Below, one piece after another: positions 1 to 12,557 of a stretch of DNA of 64,000 nucleotides; positions within the stretch are counted from its first letter, which is position 1; each line of letters opens with the position of its first letter. Below the pieces are notes generated by a model that saw only the letters and a list, made by a program, of their open reading frames with translations, was not told the origin of the DNA and did no database searches. Where the stretch lies: the NCBI GenBank assembly GCA_964016885.1, contig OZ024740.1:248062001-248126000 (forward strand), given 5' to 3'. The stretch is from Eledone cirrhosa (lineage: Eukaryota). The position numbers and the translations under genes are program-made.

Positions 1-763
1 ACAGCGAGAGAAATTAGGCGTAAGAGGGATCAGATGCAGTGTGCAGGAGAGGAGATTGCGTTGGTATGGACATGTGATGTGTATGAAGAACGACAGCTGT
101 ATAAAAAGATGCAGAGCACTCAAAGTTGACAGTAACCACGGAGTGGGCAGGCTAAGGAAGTCTTGGGATGAGGAAATAAGAGCTGACTTTGTACATTTAC
201 ACCTCACGTAGGCGATGACACAGGACTGTGATATCTGGCACTATGCAGTATTACAGAAGACCCGCCCTCCCATATCCTCAAACTGAGTCATATATCTAGT
301 AGACACCACCTAACCCTACCATCTCCCCTCCCATACACCTCCCTTGTTGTAATCATCCCACCCCTATACCTACATCCCTAATTCCCCACCCTACTCAAGT
401 CCCTAACCCACACCATAAAGTAGTCCCCCTGAAGCCACGACAAAAGTGCCCAGCCCACACTATAAAGTGGTCATGTAGGTGTCACGACAAAAGCGCCCAG
501 TCCACACTGTCAGGTGGTCATATAGGTGTCACAACAAGAGCGCCCAGTCCACACTGTAAATGTGGTTGTATAGGTGTCATGACAAAAAGCACCCAGCACA
601 CACTGTAAATGTGGTTGGCGTTAGGAAGGGTATCCAGCAGTAGAAACCAGGCCAAAATCAATTCACAGTTTTCCAACCTGATCTGTCACAAAGGGATAGC
701 CCGTCCTAGCCATGCTAGCGTGGAAAATGGATGTCAAACGATGACAATGATGATGATGATGAT
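1..763 (+). mobile_element. 3' end of an RTE-clade LINE (ORF tail, 3'UTR with ~38-nt tandem units, (GAT)n tail)
   Basis: RRLRWYGHV-type ORF end, 3'UTR similar to the full copies at 21060 and 26541, and a gatgatgat tail. Confidence 0.85.
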
Positions 764-1486
764 TCCTGACCAATTCTCTTTGTTAGTTTAGTAGACCTCA
801 AGGATTTTTGAATTTTCCTCAATGCTTACTGTGACTGCAGCTATTAGCCAAGGAATGGCTATTTCCAGCGGTAGTTGCGAAATTTTAATCCTTATTAGTC
901 TCATTCCGCAGTAGAACGGAATGAGCAGGATCTCATCACTCTGTAAAGGTTTCATGGAGTGACATCTTGCTTCTTCCTCCATAGTAAATCTCACCTCCAC
1001 CATACCAAATGCTCTGCCTTGTTGTATAAAAGTTTTCTGGTTCCATACAGAACCTAAAGCTTTCTGGGTATTAGCCTCTGTGGCTCTCTCTATTTTTTTT
1101 ATTTTCAATCCAATAATACAATACGTTACAGTCCAACGTATTTTGGATCATTTCATGCGGTGTGTTGATGTTCACAATGAAGCCAGTTTTTGGACCAATC
1201 TTCTTGCTTGTTTTACTTCTTCGGAGAAAGTGATTTTCGAAAAAAAAGTTTTTATGGCACTAGCAAAAGATTTGGTAGTGCTAGCATTATTTGTTGATTT
1301 GTTGGTAGATTTGTTGTTGCTGCTGTTATTGTTCATGTTTTCACTTTTATTGCTGTTGTTTTCATTGTTCTTTGTTTTCACTTTTAATGCTGTTGTTTTC
1401 ATTGTTCTTTGTTTTCATTTTTAATGCTGTTGTTTTCATTGTTTTTGTTGTTGTTGATTTTGTTTTTCATGTTGAATTCGCTCTCT

Positions 1487-1668
1487 GGCAGTATCGGTAG
1501 AAGGTCGGACGCCATGCTTTGCAGCATAGAGTTATGCCCCTTTATAGTCTGAGTTCAAACCCCGACATGGTTCACTTTGCCTTTCATCCTTATGGGGTCG
1601 ATAAAATAAAGTACCAGTAATATACTGGGATAATTGCTGGCTTTGTGCCAAAAGTAGAAACAATTATT
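1487..1668 (+). mobile_element. tRNA-headed SINE with Nin/Deu-like core
   Basis: A-box-like tggcagtatcggtag, B-box gagttcaaacc and core gcctttcatccttatggggtcgataaaataaagtaccag. Homologous copies at 49613 and 49788. Confidence 0.7.
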
Positions 1669-1799
1669 CTTTTGATTGTTCAAAACCATATTATTTAAAA
1701 TAATATGGTTTTGTTTTTCCTTAAAAACTGTCTCCATTATAGAGACGCTGTCTTCATTTTTTCTTTCTGTTTCTGACAACTGTTGAGGCTGTTGTCTGG

Positions 1800-4090
1800 A
1801 CAATGAAGGAAGATATTCTGCATGAGTGGGAGATTCTGAAAATGCAGGGCTTGATAGACCAGATAAAACTCCAGATAATGCATAAAGTCATGCATTAGCT
1901 AAAAAAGGTCAACCTAGCTAACAAAGCACTAGAGGTAATCAGAGGCGAACACAGAAAACCACTTACACTTGATGACATTAACCAGCTGCTATATGCCACT
2001 GCAGCCGTGATTGCTGGCAAACTGCACCCCAAAATACAAACAGGGAAAATAAATACAAATGGAATACCGAAATGGCAGACACAGCTGGAGAATAAAATTA
2101 CAGAGTTGAGGAAAGATGTCTCTCTCATACCTGAAATAGATAAGGGAACTAACATCACCCTAAAAGCTTTCTAGGTTGAAGAAGAAATACAAGGCCAACC
2201 GGACAGTAGACTTGAAAGAAATTGCTGAATCAATCAAGCAAAGGATACAGGCAAAGGCACAGAGACTAATAAGATGTAAAAAAAGAGCTAACTTCTTTAA
2301 ACAACTGAGCTTGATGAGGTTGAACACTTCTGGGAAAATATCTGGGAAAAAGCAAAGGACCACAACTCCAATGCCACATGGCTGGAACAACTGGAAATCC
2401 CTGCTTGCACCCAGGAATGGAATAACATCACCTCACAAGAAATAAAAACAGCAGTCAGCAATGTTGGAAAGTGAAAATCACTGGGTAGAGATGGCTTACT
2501 GAATTTCTGGCTGAAATATCTGGATGTACTCCATGAAGCCTTGGCTGCTGAATTCTCCAGGATTGTAGCAAACCCAAGAGAGGTTCCAAAGTGGAAGACA
2601 ACTGGCATATCATATCTTCTACTGAAGAATGAATGCGCAGAAAATCCATAAAACTACAGACCAATTACATGTTTCCCAACAATGTACAAAGCCCTCACAT
2701 CAGTGATTACCAATAGGGTCTACAATTACCTCATCTGTGAAGATCTATTGCCACCTGAACAAAAACACTGTAAACGAGGGAGATCAGCTACTGATAAATA
2801 GACTCATAATGGAAAACTGCAAACAGAAAAGGAAAAACATGTCAATGATGTGGATAGACTACAAAAAGGCATTTGGCAGCATACCTCATTCATGGGTCAT
2901 AAAATCACTAGAAGGCAATGATGACAGACTGGAAAACTATGATGGTCCTTCAACACTACAACAGACCACTGGAATCTAGATAGATCCCAAGATTAATCAT
3001 GGAATATTCCAAGGCAACTCATTGTCCCCTTTGCTGTTCTGTATGTCACTTGCTCTGTTAAGTCAGTTACTGCGGAGGACAGGTTATGGATATAAAATAG
3101 ACAACAGACACTACAGTCACCCTCTTTATATGGATGATATCAAGCTATTTGTACACAATGATGGGCAGCTGGAAGGTTTACTGCACACAGGGAAACAATT
3201 CAGTGATGACATCCATATGGAATTTGGACTGGACAAGTGTACAAAAGTCACATTCAAGAGAGGGTTGCTCTCTAACCATAAATATATTGTCGTAGACCAA
3301 CAAACCACCATAAAGGAAGAGTTCTATAATTATCTTGGAGCTACTGAAGGAGATGGAATCCAGCATGCAAATATGAAGGAAAAGATACGGAAGGAGTACA
3401 TAAGGAGAGTGAGATTAGTAACAAAAAGTGAGCTAAACTGCTGCAACAAGTTCAAAGCCATTAACAGTCCAGCAGTACCAGTTGTAACATAGAGTTTTAA
3501 CATCATAAACTGGAACCTGCAAGAACTACAAAGGTTGGACACTAAGACAAGGAAACTATTGACAATGGAAAAAACTATTGACAATGGAAAAAACCCAAAA
3601 GCCAATGTACATAGGCTGTATATCTCAAGGAGAGAAGGTGGACAGGAGCTCCGACAATTGGAAGTTACATACAAAACAGCAACCATTGGATTGGATTGGA
3701 TTGATACCTCCACCACACCTGAGATGAACTTCTTAAGCCTGTATTCAAGCATGAACAAATTAAGAAACTACACTCAATAACAAAAGAGATGAGCAAATTT
3801 AGGCAAAACCTGAACATGGCATACCCATAGAAAATCAACAACAGAGTGCTGCACAGCTAGCTATAACAGTGAAAAATCAAAGCAAAGAAACTCCAAACAG
3901 AGGAACTAAACTGTGAATGGAAGGCAAAACCACTACATGGTAGATTCCCAGAACGACTTTCTGACAATGATATCGATCAGCATGGCTCACTATCCTGGCT
4001 CAGAAATGCTGGTGAAATCTTAGTTGCTGCACAAGACTAATCTCTAAACACTCAGGTCTATAGACACAGAATAGTGAAAGCAAATGTTGC
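1800..4090 (+). pseudogene. Decayed R4/Dong-like (restriction-like endonuclease group) non-LTR retrotransposon
   Basis: Fragmented RT motifs WIDYKKAFGSIPHSW, GIFQGNSLSPLLFC, LYMDDIKL, MEFGLDKC and downstream KPLHGRF. Many stops and frameshifts. Clade assigned from motif memory. Confidence 0.75.
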
Positions 4091-4364
4091 AGTGCATTAC
4101 AGTGATCATTCCTCTGAAAATGGGCCCAAAGCCAACTACCCCAAGGACTGCTGCAAGGTATCGATGATCAATCCTATCGAATGATTTCGATTGATCTAAG
4201 TTGATCAGGACCCACCTGTGCCAGATTCCTTAGCCACCCTCTCCATGATCACTTGAGGTGATGTTGTCAAGGATGGATCTGTCTGGAATGGGGCATGTCT
4301 GTGCCTCTCCCACCAGACTCCCAACGACAAGCGCCAATCTCATTGCTAACACCTTCACCAAAAT

Positions 4365-4523
4365 TTTGAACTCAGTGTTCAAGGCCACCAATTTGAGGGA
4401 AAGGGAAAGTCAATTATATCAACCCCATGTGACCCGATGTAATTTGAACTCAGACCATAAAGAGCCATAACTATTGCAAAGATATTTTATCCAAAGCTCT
4501 AACGATTCTGCCAATCCTTCACC
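4365..4523 (-). mobile_element. Degenerate tRNA-headed SINE
   Basis: Reverse complement reads ttggcagaatcgttag...ctgagttcaaat...ggggttgatataattg, like the 1487 family. Confidence 0.5.
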
Positions 4524-5023
4524 ACCACCACAACAATAATTGTTTATGTTTTGTTGTTAGTTTTATTTTTATTTTTAAAAATATATCTACCAAAGGTAAC
4601 ATGATTTCAAAATGTCTGACTGTTTCTCATTATCTTTCTTTCTCATTTTCTCTCTCTCCCCTATCATGTGTGTGTATCTATCTTCTATTTATTTCTCTCT
4701 CCCTGTTTCTCTTTCTCCTTATCTCTCTCTCCCTCATTCAGTGTCATTCTGTCTCTTTCCGCTAATTACACTTCTCTCTCAGTCCATTTTACAGTGCTCA
4801 CTATCTGTCTCTTTCACCCTTATCTCCCTCATATTCGCTCACTCTTTTTTCTCCTATAGTGTCACTGTCTCTTTCTACCTTACCCCCTCTTTCTCTTTCA
4901 ATCTCTAAATCTTTCAAAGTATCACTGTCTCTCTTTCTTCTCCATATCTCTCTCAACCCAAACATAAATACAACCTCCCAAAGTCATTCATTAAAACAAC
5001 ATAATACAAAACTGAAAACTCAC

Positions 5024-5170
5024 CTGGAATATTTCCAAATTTATGGAAAATTTGATAATCTGTGTCAGACGGTACAAACCCTCCTTGAAAGATCTCTTGC
5101 CCCAGAATTGAGGCAAATGGATATTTTACTGATTTGGCATAGGCTTGGATTAACCAGGGATGTTGGGGAC
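5024..5170 (-). CDS. ERMP1: Internal exon (147 nt) of ERMP1-like peptidase
   Basis: Acceptor tttttcag| and donor CAG|gtgagt. Translates GPQHPWLIQAYAKSVKYPFASILGQEIFQGGFVPSDTDYQIFHKFGNIPG (PSDTD motif). Phase is consistent with the previous exon. The gene extends beyond both ends of the window. Confidence 0.93.
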
Positions 5171-5265
5171 CTGAAAAACAAAAATATATATGTACTTCGT
5201 TTTTGAATTTGTTTTGCAAGGTTTCTTATCTGAAAATATGCATTGAAACATATATTGTTATACTT

Positions 5266-6163
5266 TGGGAAAGTCTTGCTTCCAATAAAAACACATGCGC
5301 CTGCTGGTATTCACTTCAATTTATTATAAATTTTCAGTTGGTTGGTTTTATAACCCTTTGGACTGGTTATTTTTTCTATGATGCGGGGGTACTAACAATT
5401 TTATCTCAGGCATAACTTCCAACTACAAAACGTGAGTCTTCCAAACGAGACTCTAACCGAACTGTTCACAACAAGACAAGGTTGTTTATTTATAATAGTC
5501 TGCCGAGTCCATTTCTTTAATCCCAAAGGGGTGTCCACCACAACATCTCCCCTTTTGAGATTTTCTTTCTTTAGAAATTAATAATTTTTCAGGCGAGAAC
5601 TCCAGGATGGGAAAAACTCATCAGTACTCCACCAACATGCCAAAATGGAACATAGGGAGACGGAAAAGATGCAATGCTCAGACAAATTATAGAGGCAATA
5701 AACATAGACAAACTCCAACCAAAATTAAACAGAAAACAAGAGTGAAATAGCAACATCACAACTAGTAATTAAGTACAAAATGAAGACATACAGAGAAACG
5801 CAAATTAATATTCAAACTAATTAAACTAATTAAACAAACCAGACATACACAAATAGAACTCTCAACCAACTAGTGACAAGTAAATAAACACATGAATAAA
5901 TGAATAAAAACACACATACACCCAGATGTAACACATGAGCAAACCTAATACACAACACACAAAAACAAGATGGTGTAGGACAACAAAGAAGAGACACAAA
6001 ATAAGAAATCAGTTACTGGGGAGGTCACGATGTGTGACGAAAGAGCTTTCACAATATATAAACAACCTTCCGGTTATCAAACCAACCAACAGGAAATTTA
6101 TGATAAATTGAAGTGAAAACCAATAGATGCATGTGTTTTTATTAGCAGCATGACCCTCCCATA
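5266..6163. repeat. Imperfect inverted repeat; arms about 5266-5370 and 6058-6163
   Basis: aaaacacatgc..ttcacttcaatttattataaatttt..gttggttggttttataacc recurs as its reverse complement at about 6060-6160. Confidence 0.7.
5379..5560 (-). mobile_element. Possible LTR (5379-5545) with adjacent polypurine tract
   Basis: Minus strand reads aaaaggggaga then TGTTG...CATCA. No second LTR or gag/pol seen. Confidence 0.4.
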
Positions 6164-6686
6164 GAAAGATCTACTGCCTATGTTAATGAGACAAAATTTT
6201 GTCGCGTTGTAACTCGGAAAAATGGAATATACTCTCACAACTAGCTTCAGATAAACACTGTCTGAATACACGTCTTGACTGCTTTAGCCGCTGTCCTCAT
6301 GAAATGAAGTATATTCTGAGTAAATGGCTTAGACCTGACAAACTGGTCTAGGAGTATACGTTGATTTACCGACTATTTTTGTATATCAAAGAATTGCGAT
6401 TCTTCGAGTCAGCTGGAGAAAAATTAATTTAACTCAATCTTGATTGTGGTCTTGCAATAGTTACCTCCTTTGATCTTACCTTCTTTGCTCATAATTTAGA
6501 AAACAAATTTTTAAACTAATTTCTAAATTACTTACCTTTGTTTAAACTCTGAAAGGAAACCAAATTCAACCTCTGGCGACCATATTTACTTTTCTAATGA
6601 CAGGCTGAATGAGTTGGGGTCCAGAATCCAATGAAACTTAAGTACATGTTTATTTCCCTCTTGTAACTACTTATATATATATATAT

Positions 6687-8371
6687 GTACTTAGTGTCAC
6701 TAATGATCAGAAAAAGGAGGCCTGGAAATGTCATTATGAGAGACTGAATGTGGAGAACGGGAGAGAGAGAAATTACCCCCAGTAGACCCTACATAGGGAG
6801 CACCTATTGAGATTGACAAATATAGGGTCCAAGAGGCAATTAAGGAAATGAAAAATGGTAAGGCCGCTGGACCGTCGAGGATAGTTGCTGAATGTTGAAG
6901 GCATCAGGAGAGGTAGACACTAAACTGGTTGCACGCATCATCAATCAAGCTATATATGGTGGTGTCATACCCAAAGACTGGTGCAGCAGTATTCTCATAA
7001 ATTGCTACAAAGGTAAAGCGGATGCTCTAGAGAGGAGCAATTATAGAGGCATAAAACTGATGGATCAGCAAAGTGGCAGAAAGAATATAAGCGTAACTAA
7101 TTAGAGAAAGGGTCAAATAGATGAGATGCAGTTTGGTTTTGTGCCAGGGAAAAGTACAACAGATGCTCTCTTCTTAGTGAGACAATTACAAGAGAGGTTC
7201 TTAGACAATAATAAGCCACTATACTTAGCTTTTGTTGACCTAGAGAATGCCTTTGATAGGGTACCCCGATCTGTCATCTGGTGGTACCTAAGGAAACTAG
7301 GTGTTGAGGAATGGCTTGCAAGCTATGTACAGAGGTGCTGTCAGTAAAGTGAGAGTAGGAATAGAATTTAGTGAGAAATTCCAGATACAAGTAGGAGTAC
7401 ATCAGGGTTCGGTCCGCAGCCCGCTCTTGTTCATTAAAGTCCTCCAATCCATAACAGAGGAGTTTAAGACTGGATGCCCATGGGAACTTCTCTATGCTGA
7501 CAATCTGGTTCTTATAGCAGAATCAGTAGAGGAGCTAGAGAATAAATTCTGGCTATGGAAACAGCAGTTGGAATCAAGAGGACATAGCTAAGACAAAAAT
7601 AGGAAAGAGGAGAAAACTCTGATTCCATCAGAGAAATGGTCATGTTCGATATGTAGAAAAGGAACTGGCATGAATTCTATAAAATGTACACAATGCAGAT
7701 GTAGTGGGATAGCAGGCAAACTAACAGGTAGGGAAAACTACATATGCAGTAGATGTTCAGGAAAATTTGACTGTAGAAGTCGCATTGATAGTCACATTTT
7801 TCAAATGCAGGTGGCTTCTATAGAAGTGGTTGATAACTTCTGGTACCTAGGTGATCAGATTAGAATGGGAGGGGGGTGTTCTGAGGCCATAGAATCTAGA
7901 ATAAGGACGGGTTGGAAGAAGTTTAGGGAGCTGCTTCCTCTGTCGACAAAGAAGGGTTTCTCCCTGCGTACGAAAGGCAGCAACTGCAGAGGATATGCGA
8001 CGGCTGGAGAGAAATGAAGCAAGCATGCTCCATTGGATGTGCAATGTCAATGTGCATGAATGACCAAGCATAGATGTGTTGAGCAAGAAACTGTGTTGAG
8101 CAAGGGATAAGTTGTAGTGTGCAGGAGAGTAGACTGCGATAGTATGGAGGATGACCGCTGAGTAAAGAAGTGCCAAGAAATCCCAGTAGAAGGAAGACGC
8201 AGTAGAGCAAGACCACGAAAAACATGGGCAGAGGTGGTGAGATCAGACCTCAGATCGCTAAAGCTCACAGAGGAGATGACGAAGGACCGTGACAAGTGGA
8301 GAGATGCTGTGCTGAATAGGACCCGTCCCACCCTTGCAAGCAGGGAAAAGCGGACGTAAAATGATGATGAT
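6687..8371 (+). mobile_element. 5'-truncated, decayed RTE LINE (subfamily B)
   Basis: RT fragments QFGFVPGKST, AFVDLENAFDRV, GVHQGSV, LLYADNL. Starts at a (TA)n tract and ends in atgatgatga plus (TA)n. Closely related to 41489-44114. Confidence 0.9.
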
Positions 8372-8879
8372 ATATATAGCTATAGATACAGATATATATA
8401 TATATATATATGTGACTCCAATTAAAACCAACTGCACAAATCAGATGTGGACTCCATAAGTCATAGTGAAGGCAACCTGTCTAGAAAGGCAGTGACTCCA
8501 ATTTTACAAAAACAACTGCACAGAGCAGACGTGGGCTCTATAAGCCGTAGTGAAGGCTACCTGTTAAGGGGAGTAGACACTTCAAATAAAACTGATCCAG
8601 AGTGGAGAGGTCTGTTAAGTCTGGTAAGACAAACTCTCTAGTGCTGGTAGTAGAAATAATGCTCCCTGTCCACGCTGTAAAGTGGTTGATGATAGGAAGG
8701 GCAGCCAGCCACAAAACCCCAGCCAAATTATGAAAAGCATGACCAATATGATTTCCACTAATTGCATACACAGGGCTAACACTAGTCATGTTAGTGCTGC
8801 ACATAGTAGAAGTGGGTAGAGTAGCCATATGTGAGAACCCCTTGACTGTCATCAAGCAATCGCACAACCACTTTCTCTT

Positions 8880-9289
8880 TCAGGTACATAGAACACAGCT
8901 ATAGGTTGGAGAGAAATGAAGCAACCATGCTTTATGTAATGTAAATGTGAAAGGAAGGCAGGGCTTGGATGAACTAAGGGAGAAGCTGCGTTTAAGAAAA
9001 ATCCGAAGTGGTTTGCAAGAGAGAAAACTGCGTTGGTACGGACATGTGATGCACATGGATGATGATTGCTGAGTGAAGAATCGCCAGGAAATCCCAGTGG
9101 AAGGAAGCCACGGTAGAGGTAGACCAAGGAAGACCTGGGCAGAGGTGGCAAAAACTGATCTCAAATCGCTGAGATTCATACAGGAGATGATGAAAGAATG
9201 TGGCAAGCAGAGAGATGCTGTGCTGAAAAGGACCCGTCCAACCCATGCCACTGTGCAAAAACGGACGTAAAAATTATGGTGATGATGAT
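8880..9289 (+). mobile_element. RTE LINE 3' fragment
   Basis: LRWYGHV and GRGRPRKTW motifs, followed by aaacggacgtaaaa and a gat tail. Confidence 0.75.
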
Positions 9290-9709
9290 TATATATACAT
9301 GCACACACATACAAAGACACTGAACAGTTAGTAAAAATCATTGTTCTATATAAACATGTTTCCTCAATTAGTCTAATGAAAGAAGTACTAAAGAGTCCAA
9401 TTTTTAATACTAGTAATTATTTTGCCTGACTAAAAGACACTAAAAAACATAGATAATATGGTCAAACAAGTACAAATAAATTATTACATCTGTTAATTGG
9501 TACTGAATATGATCAACCTAATATAATTTTAAACAAATTATTGAATCATAATCATTATGTTACACCCATTTTCCATATTAGCATGTGTTGGACATGTCAT
9601 CACAGCCCTTCATAAGCAGGTCAGAGAGATGAATCTGGCTGATTTACTCCATATTTTGGTATGGTTTCCATGGATGGATGCCCTTTCTAATGCCAAATTA
9701 ATTAATGAT

Positions 9710-9880
9710 AATAATTTCTAAAATAACACAAGGCCAGATGTGAGAGGAGAGAAACAGCCAATTATATCAATCCTCAGAAGGATGAAAGACAACGTTGACT
9801 TCAAGATTTGAACTCTTGTTTCTTATATATACCACAAGGCATTTTGTCCAACACTAACAATTTTGCCAATTCACTATCCT
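9710..9880 (-). mobile_element. Degenerate SINE of the 1487 family
   Basis: Reverse complement contains gaattggcaaaattgttag, gagttcaaatc and ctttcatcctt. Confidence 0.45.
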
Positions 9881-9966
9881 AAGACATAATATTAATGGCT
9901 AATAATTAATGGTTGTTGTTTTTTGTTGTGGTGGTGGTGGTTATAGTAGTAATAGTAGTGTCATAC

Positions 9967-10072
9967 CAGCCTGGAACACTATTTCCCATCCACCAGCTCC
10001 AGCTGCATCCAAGTTAACAAAGGCACGGATTGTTTCTGCCCATCGATGTTGAGTGATGAATCCATGGCTGGC
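9967..10072 (-). CDS. ERMP1: Internal exon (106 nt) of ERMP1-like peptidase
   Basis: Acceptor tttaag| and donor G|gtatga. Translates [35 protein letters not shown](G), the ERMP1 [11 protein letters not shown](E/D)AAG motif. Phase 0 to phase 1. Confidence 0.93.
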
Positions 10073-10116
10073 CTTAAATATATAAAAAATAAATATATAT
10101 ATCAGTATATAAATAA

Positions 10117-10146
<30 letters not shown>

Positions 10147-10149
<3 letters not shown>

Positions 10150-11101
10150 AATAAGTATAAAGTTCAAAACAATCAAAACTATGTTCGATACATTTTATTG
10201 CTGACAATCGTTTCTTCCAAACAGCCGTTTGGAGTCATCGGAGCATTGGCAAAGTTTAAACTTATAATTAACCTCCTATTCTACAGAACAGTCATAAAAA
10301 TATGTTGATATTATTGTTGCTATCAACAGTGTCATATTTAAAGAGAGTGAAGATGTTATGGTCAGCAGCAATGGGTATAATAAAGATTATAAAAGAATTA
10401 TAAAAGAAAGTTACTCACAAAGGAGGACATTATTAGTACATAGGCATATAGACAATAAGATTACAGAGGTATTAGGCATATACAGAATAATATGGAAAGA
10501 AAGCAATGGTATTAAGTATATATATATAGCACAATATGGCAAAGATATCACAAAATATAGGTGTAATAGGGTATTAAGCAGTCAGGAATGCATGGGTAGG
10601 ATGTAAAGTGAAAATTTTGAAGCAACTTGTGTAATATACATATATACAAAGTTTTGTTGATGCATACGTTGAGTGTGGATCAGATAAATAGTTAAGTAAA
10701 CAATTTAAGCAGAAATAAAGCTGTTGTGTAGTACAGAAATGTTTATAGTATTAAGATATGTATATGTAGCGAGATAATTGTGATAATATGTGAGTTTATG
10801 GTGGATGTAATGTGATAATTGTTCTGGTAATGTTTAAATGTAGATGTGTTGTGAGTGTTAATATGGGGTTTCCCTTTCCATTACATCGGTTAGATTTAAG
10901 AAATGTTTTAAAATTATATTTAAATAGATATAGTTATAGATTGTATATTGCCTTTATTATAATCAGATTAAGGGTTCTGGGGTGTATTGTATGTATGGTA
11001 TATTCCTAGTTTTCAAAGAGTGTATGTAGGTAGATAAAGAAGTGGAGTTAGCTAGATTGTGATTTTTGAAAGTGTGAAGATGCGAGTTATATCTCGTCTT
11101 A
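10147..11101 (-). mobile_element. 5'-truncated Penelope-like element (GIY-YIG C-terminal remnant, 3'UTR, degenerate HHR)
   Basis: Minus strand near 11100 translates KTRYNSHLHTFKNHNLANSTSLSTYIHSLKTRNIPY, like the C-termini of ORFs 58382-59812 and 44563-45075. (TA)n on both sides. Confidence 0.7.
10199..10245 (-). ncRNA. Degenerate type I hammerhead ribozyme
   Basis: tgct-CCGATGA-ctccaaac/ggct/gtttggaa-GAAA-cgattg-TC-agca; U4 changed to C. Confidence 0.6.
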
Positions 11102-11130
11102 GTATATATATATATATATAAGTATATATT

Positions 11131-11910
11131 AGTGGCCACTTATCTGGTAGGTGGAAATTACCAGATAAGTTGCCACTACGGAATAGATGCCTGGATTCGA
11201 GCATGGTATACCTGTGTACTGTGAATTCAGGCAACTCTACTTGGACCCTCCACACAAATTTATCTACTTCTAAAATCTGGCCTCTCATGTTAGCACCAAG
11301 GAACACTTTATTAGGAACTACTAACATCTAACTCTAAGTACAACATATCACTCTTTCATTTCTTTGTATTTTCCATTTCCTCATTTTATTCTTCTTCTTA
11401 TTATTTTTTAATGTACCCTACATTGTATCTTACTTGTCACTTTTTACATCTGTAACTTATCTATCTATTTACCATACATGTTTTATTATTGATGTTGTTG
11501 TTGTTCTAATTATACGCTGCTCTATTATTGATGTTATTGTTTTGTTTTACGCTACTTTTCTATATAAGTCTTGCCTCGAGTGAATTATTATCATATCTAT
11601 GTGCTCTGATGTGTTGACAAGTGATAAACAATGTATTGGAGATCGATTGATGCAACCTCAAGGGATTAGCGAACTCTAGACACACCTGATCAACAAAACA
11701 ATTGTCAGTACTTTAAATAAAGCCCTTATTGTACAGCCAACCATGTTACTCTTCTTACTCCAAGTATAACCTGCATAGAAATTACCACTGCATAACTATG
11801 GAAACATTTTGTTGAGTCAAACAAAGCCGTACGTTAAAACCATCCACGACGTAGAGTACTCTAACCGGATTACCTCTAACTGGATTACCTATAACGATAA
11901 CTTGTTATCC
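11131..11910 (+). mobile_element. Internally deleted Penelope-like remnant with 5' mini-inversion and a degenerate long-stem-II HHR (11601-11711)
   Basis: Translates LPDKLPLRNRCLDSSMVYLCTVNSGNSTW, compared with LPGNCPLLNRCLEKNIVYSCTINSGSLAW in ORF 32101-34143. HHR-like: gtgct-CTGATGT-gttga..tcaac-AAAA-caattg-TC-agtac. Confidence 0.6.
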
Positions 11911-11947
11911 CATATATATATATAAGTATATATATATATATATATAA

Positions 11948-12002
11948 TCATCATCATCATCATCATCGTTTAACGTCCATTTTCCACGCTAGCATAGGTC
12001 TG
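11948..12002 (-). mobile_element. Extremely 5'-truncated RTE 3' end
   Basis: Reverse complement reads atgctagcgtggaaaatggacgttaaacg(atg)n, between (TA)n tracts. Confidence 0.7.
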
Positions 12003-12003
12003 G

Positions 12004-12038
<35 letters not shown>

Positions 12039-12557
12039 CATATAACACTGTTGTTGTCTGTGTGTCCCCTCATTTTTGCAAAGTCTATACAAATCCACAT
12101 TTCTACTCCGATTGACTTCAAACTTGCATTTATATATTCCTTGCGGTCTAAAGATACTAACTGCAGCTTTTATTTTTCAATTTTCTGTTGTTAAAGGGGA
12201 GTTAGGCACCGGTTATCGATCTCCGTCGAGCCCTTATAATATCTGTCTGTATGTCTGGGTGTCTGGATAACAACATTCTGACAAACACGTCATTGCTGAC
12301 GTATTATCTTTGTTACATTTACACACACACACACGCACACATATATACATATATACACATATATACATATACACACGCATATATACACATATACATAATA
12401 ATAATAATACTATTTATAGTTATGTATATACTATAAACAACTATAAACAGGAAAGGTCAGTAATTTCCTACTACCTTATTACCAGTAAGAGAAATAGCTC
12501 AATGTAAGAACATCAGTTGTTTTACAGAGCAGGAAAATAAATAAATATATATATATA

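Noticed and set aside
420-620. CRISPR-like repeat array
   Set aside because: Units are contiguous tandem repeats without unique spacers, inside a LINE 3'UTR in eukaryotic DNA, with no cas genes.
1487-1565. tRNA gene
   Set aside because: It has A/B-box-like motifs but no cloverleaf, and it continues into a repeated SINE body.
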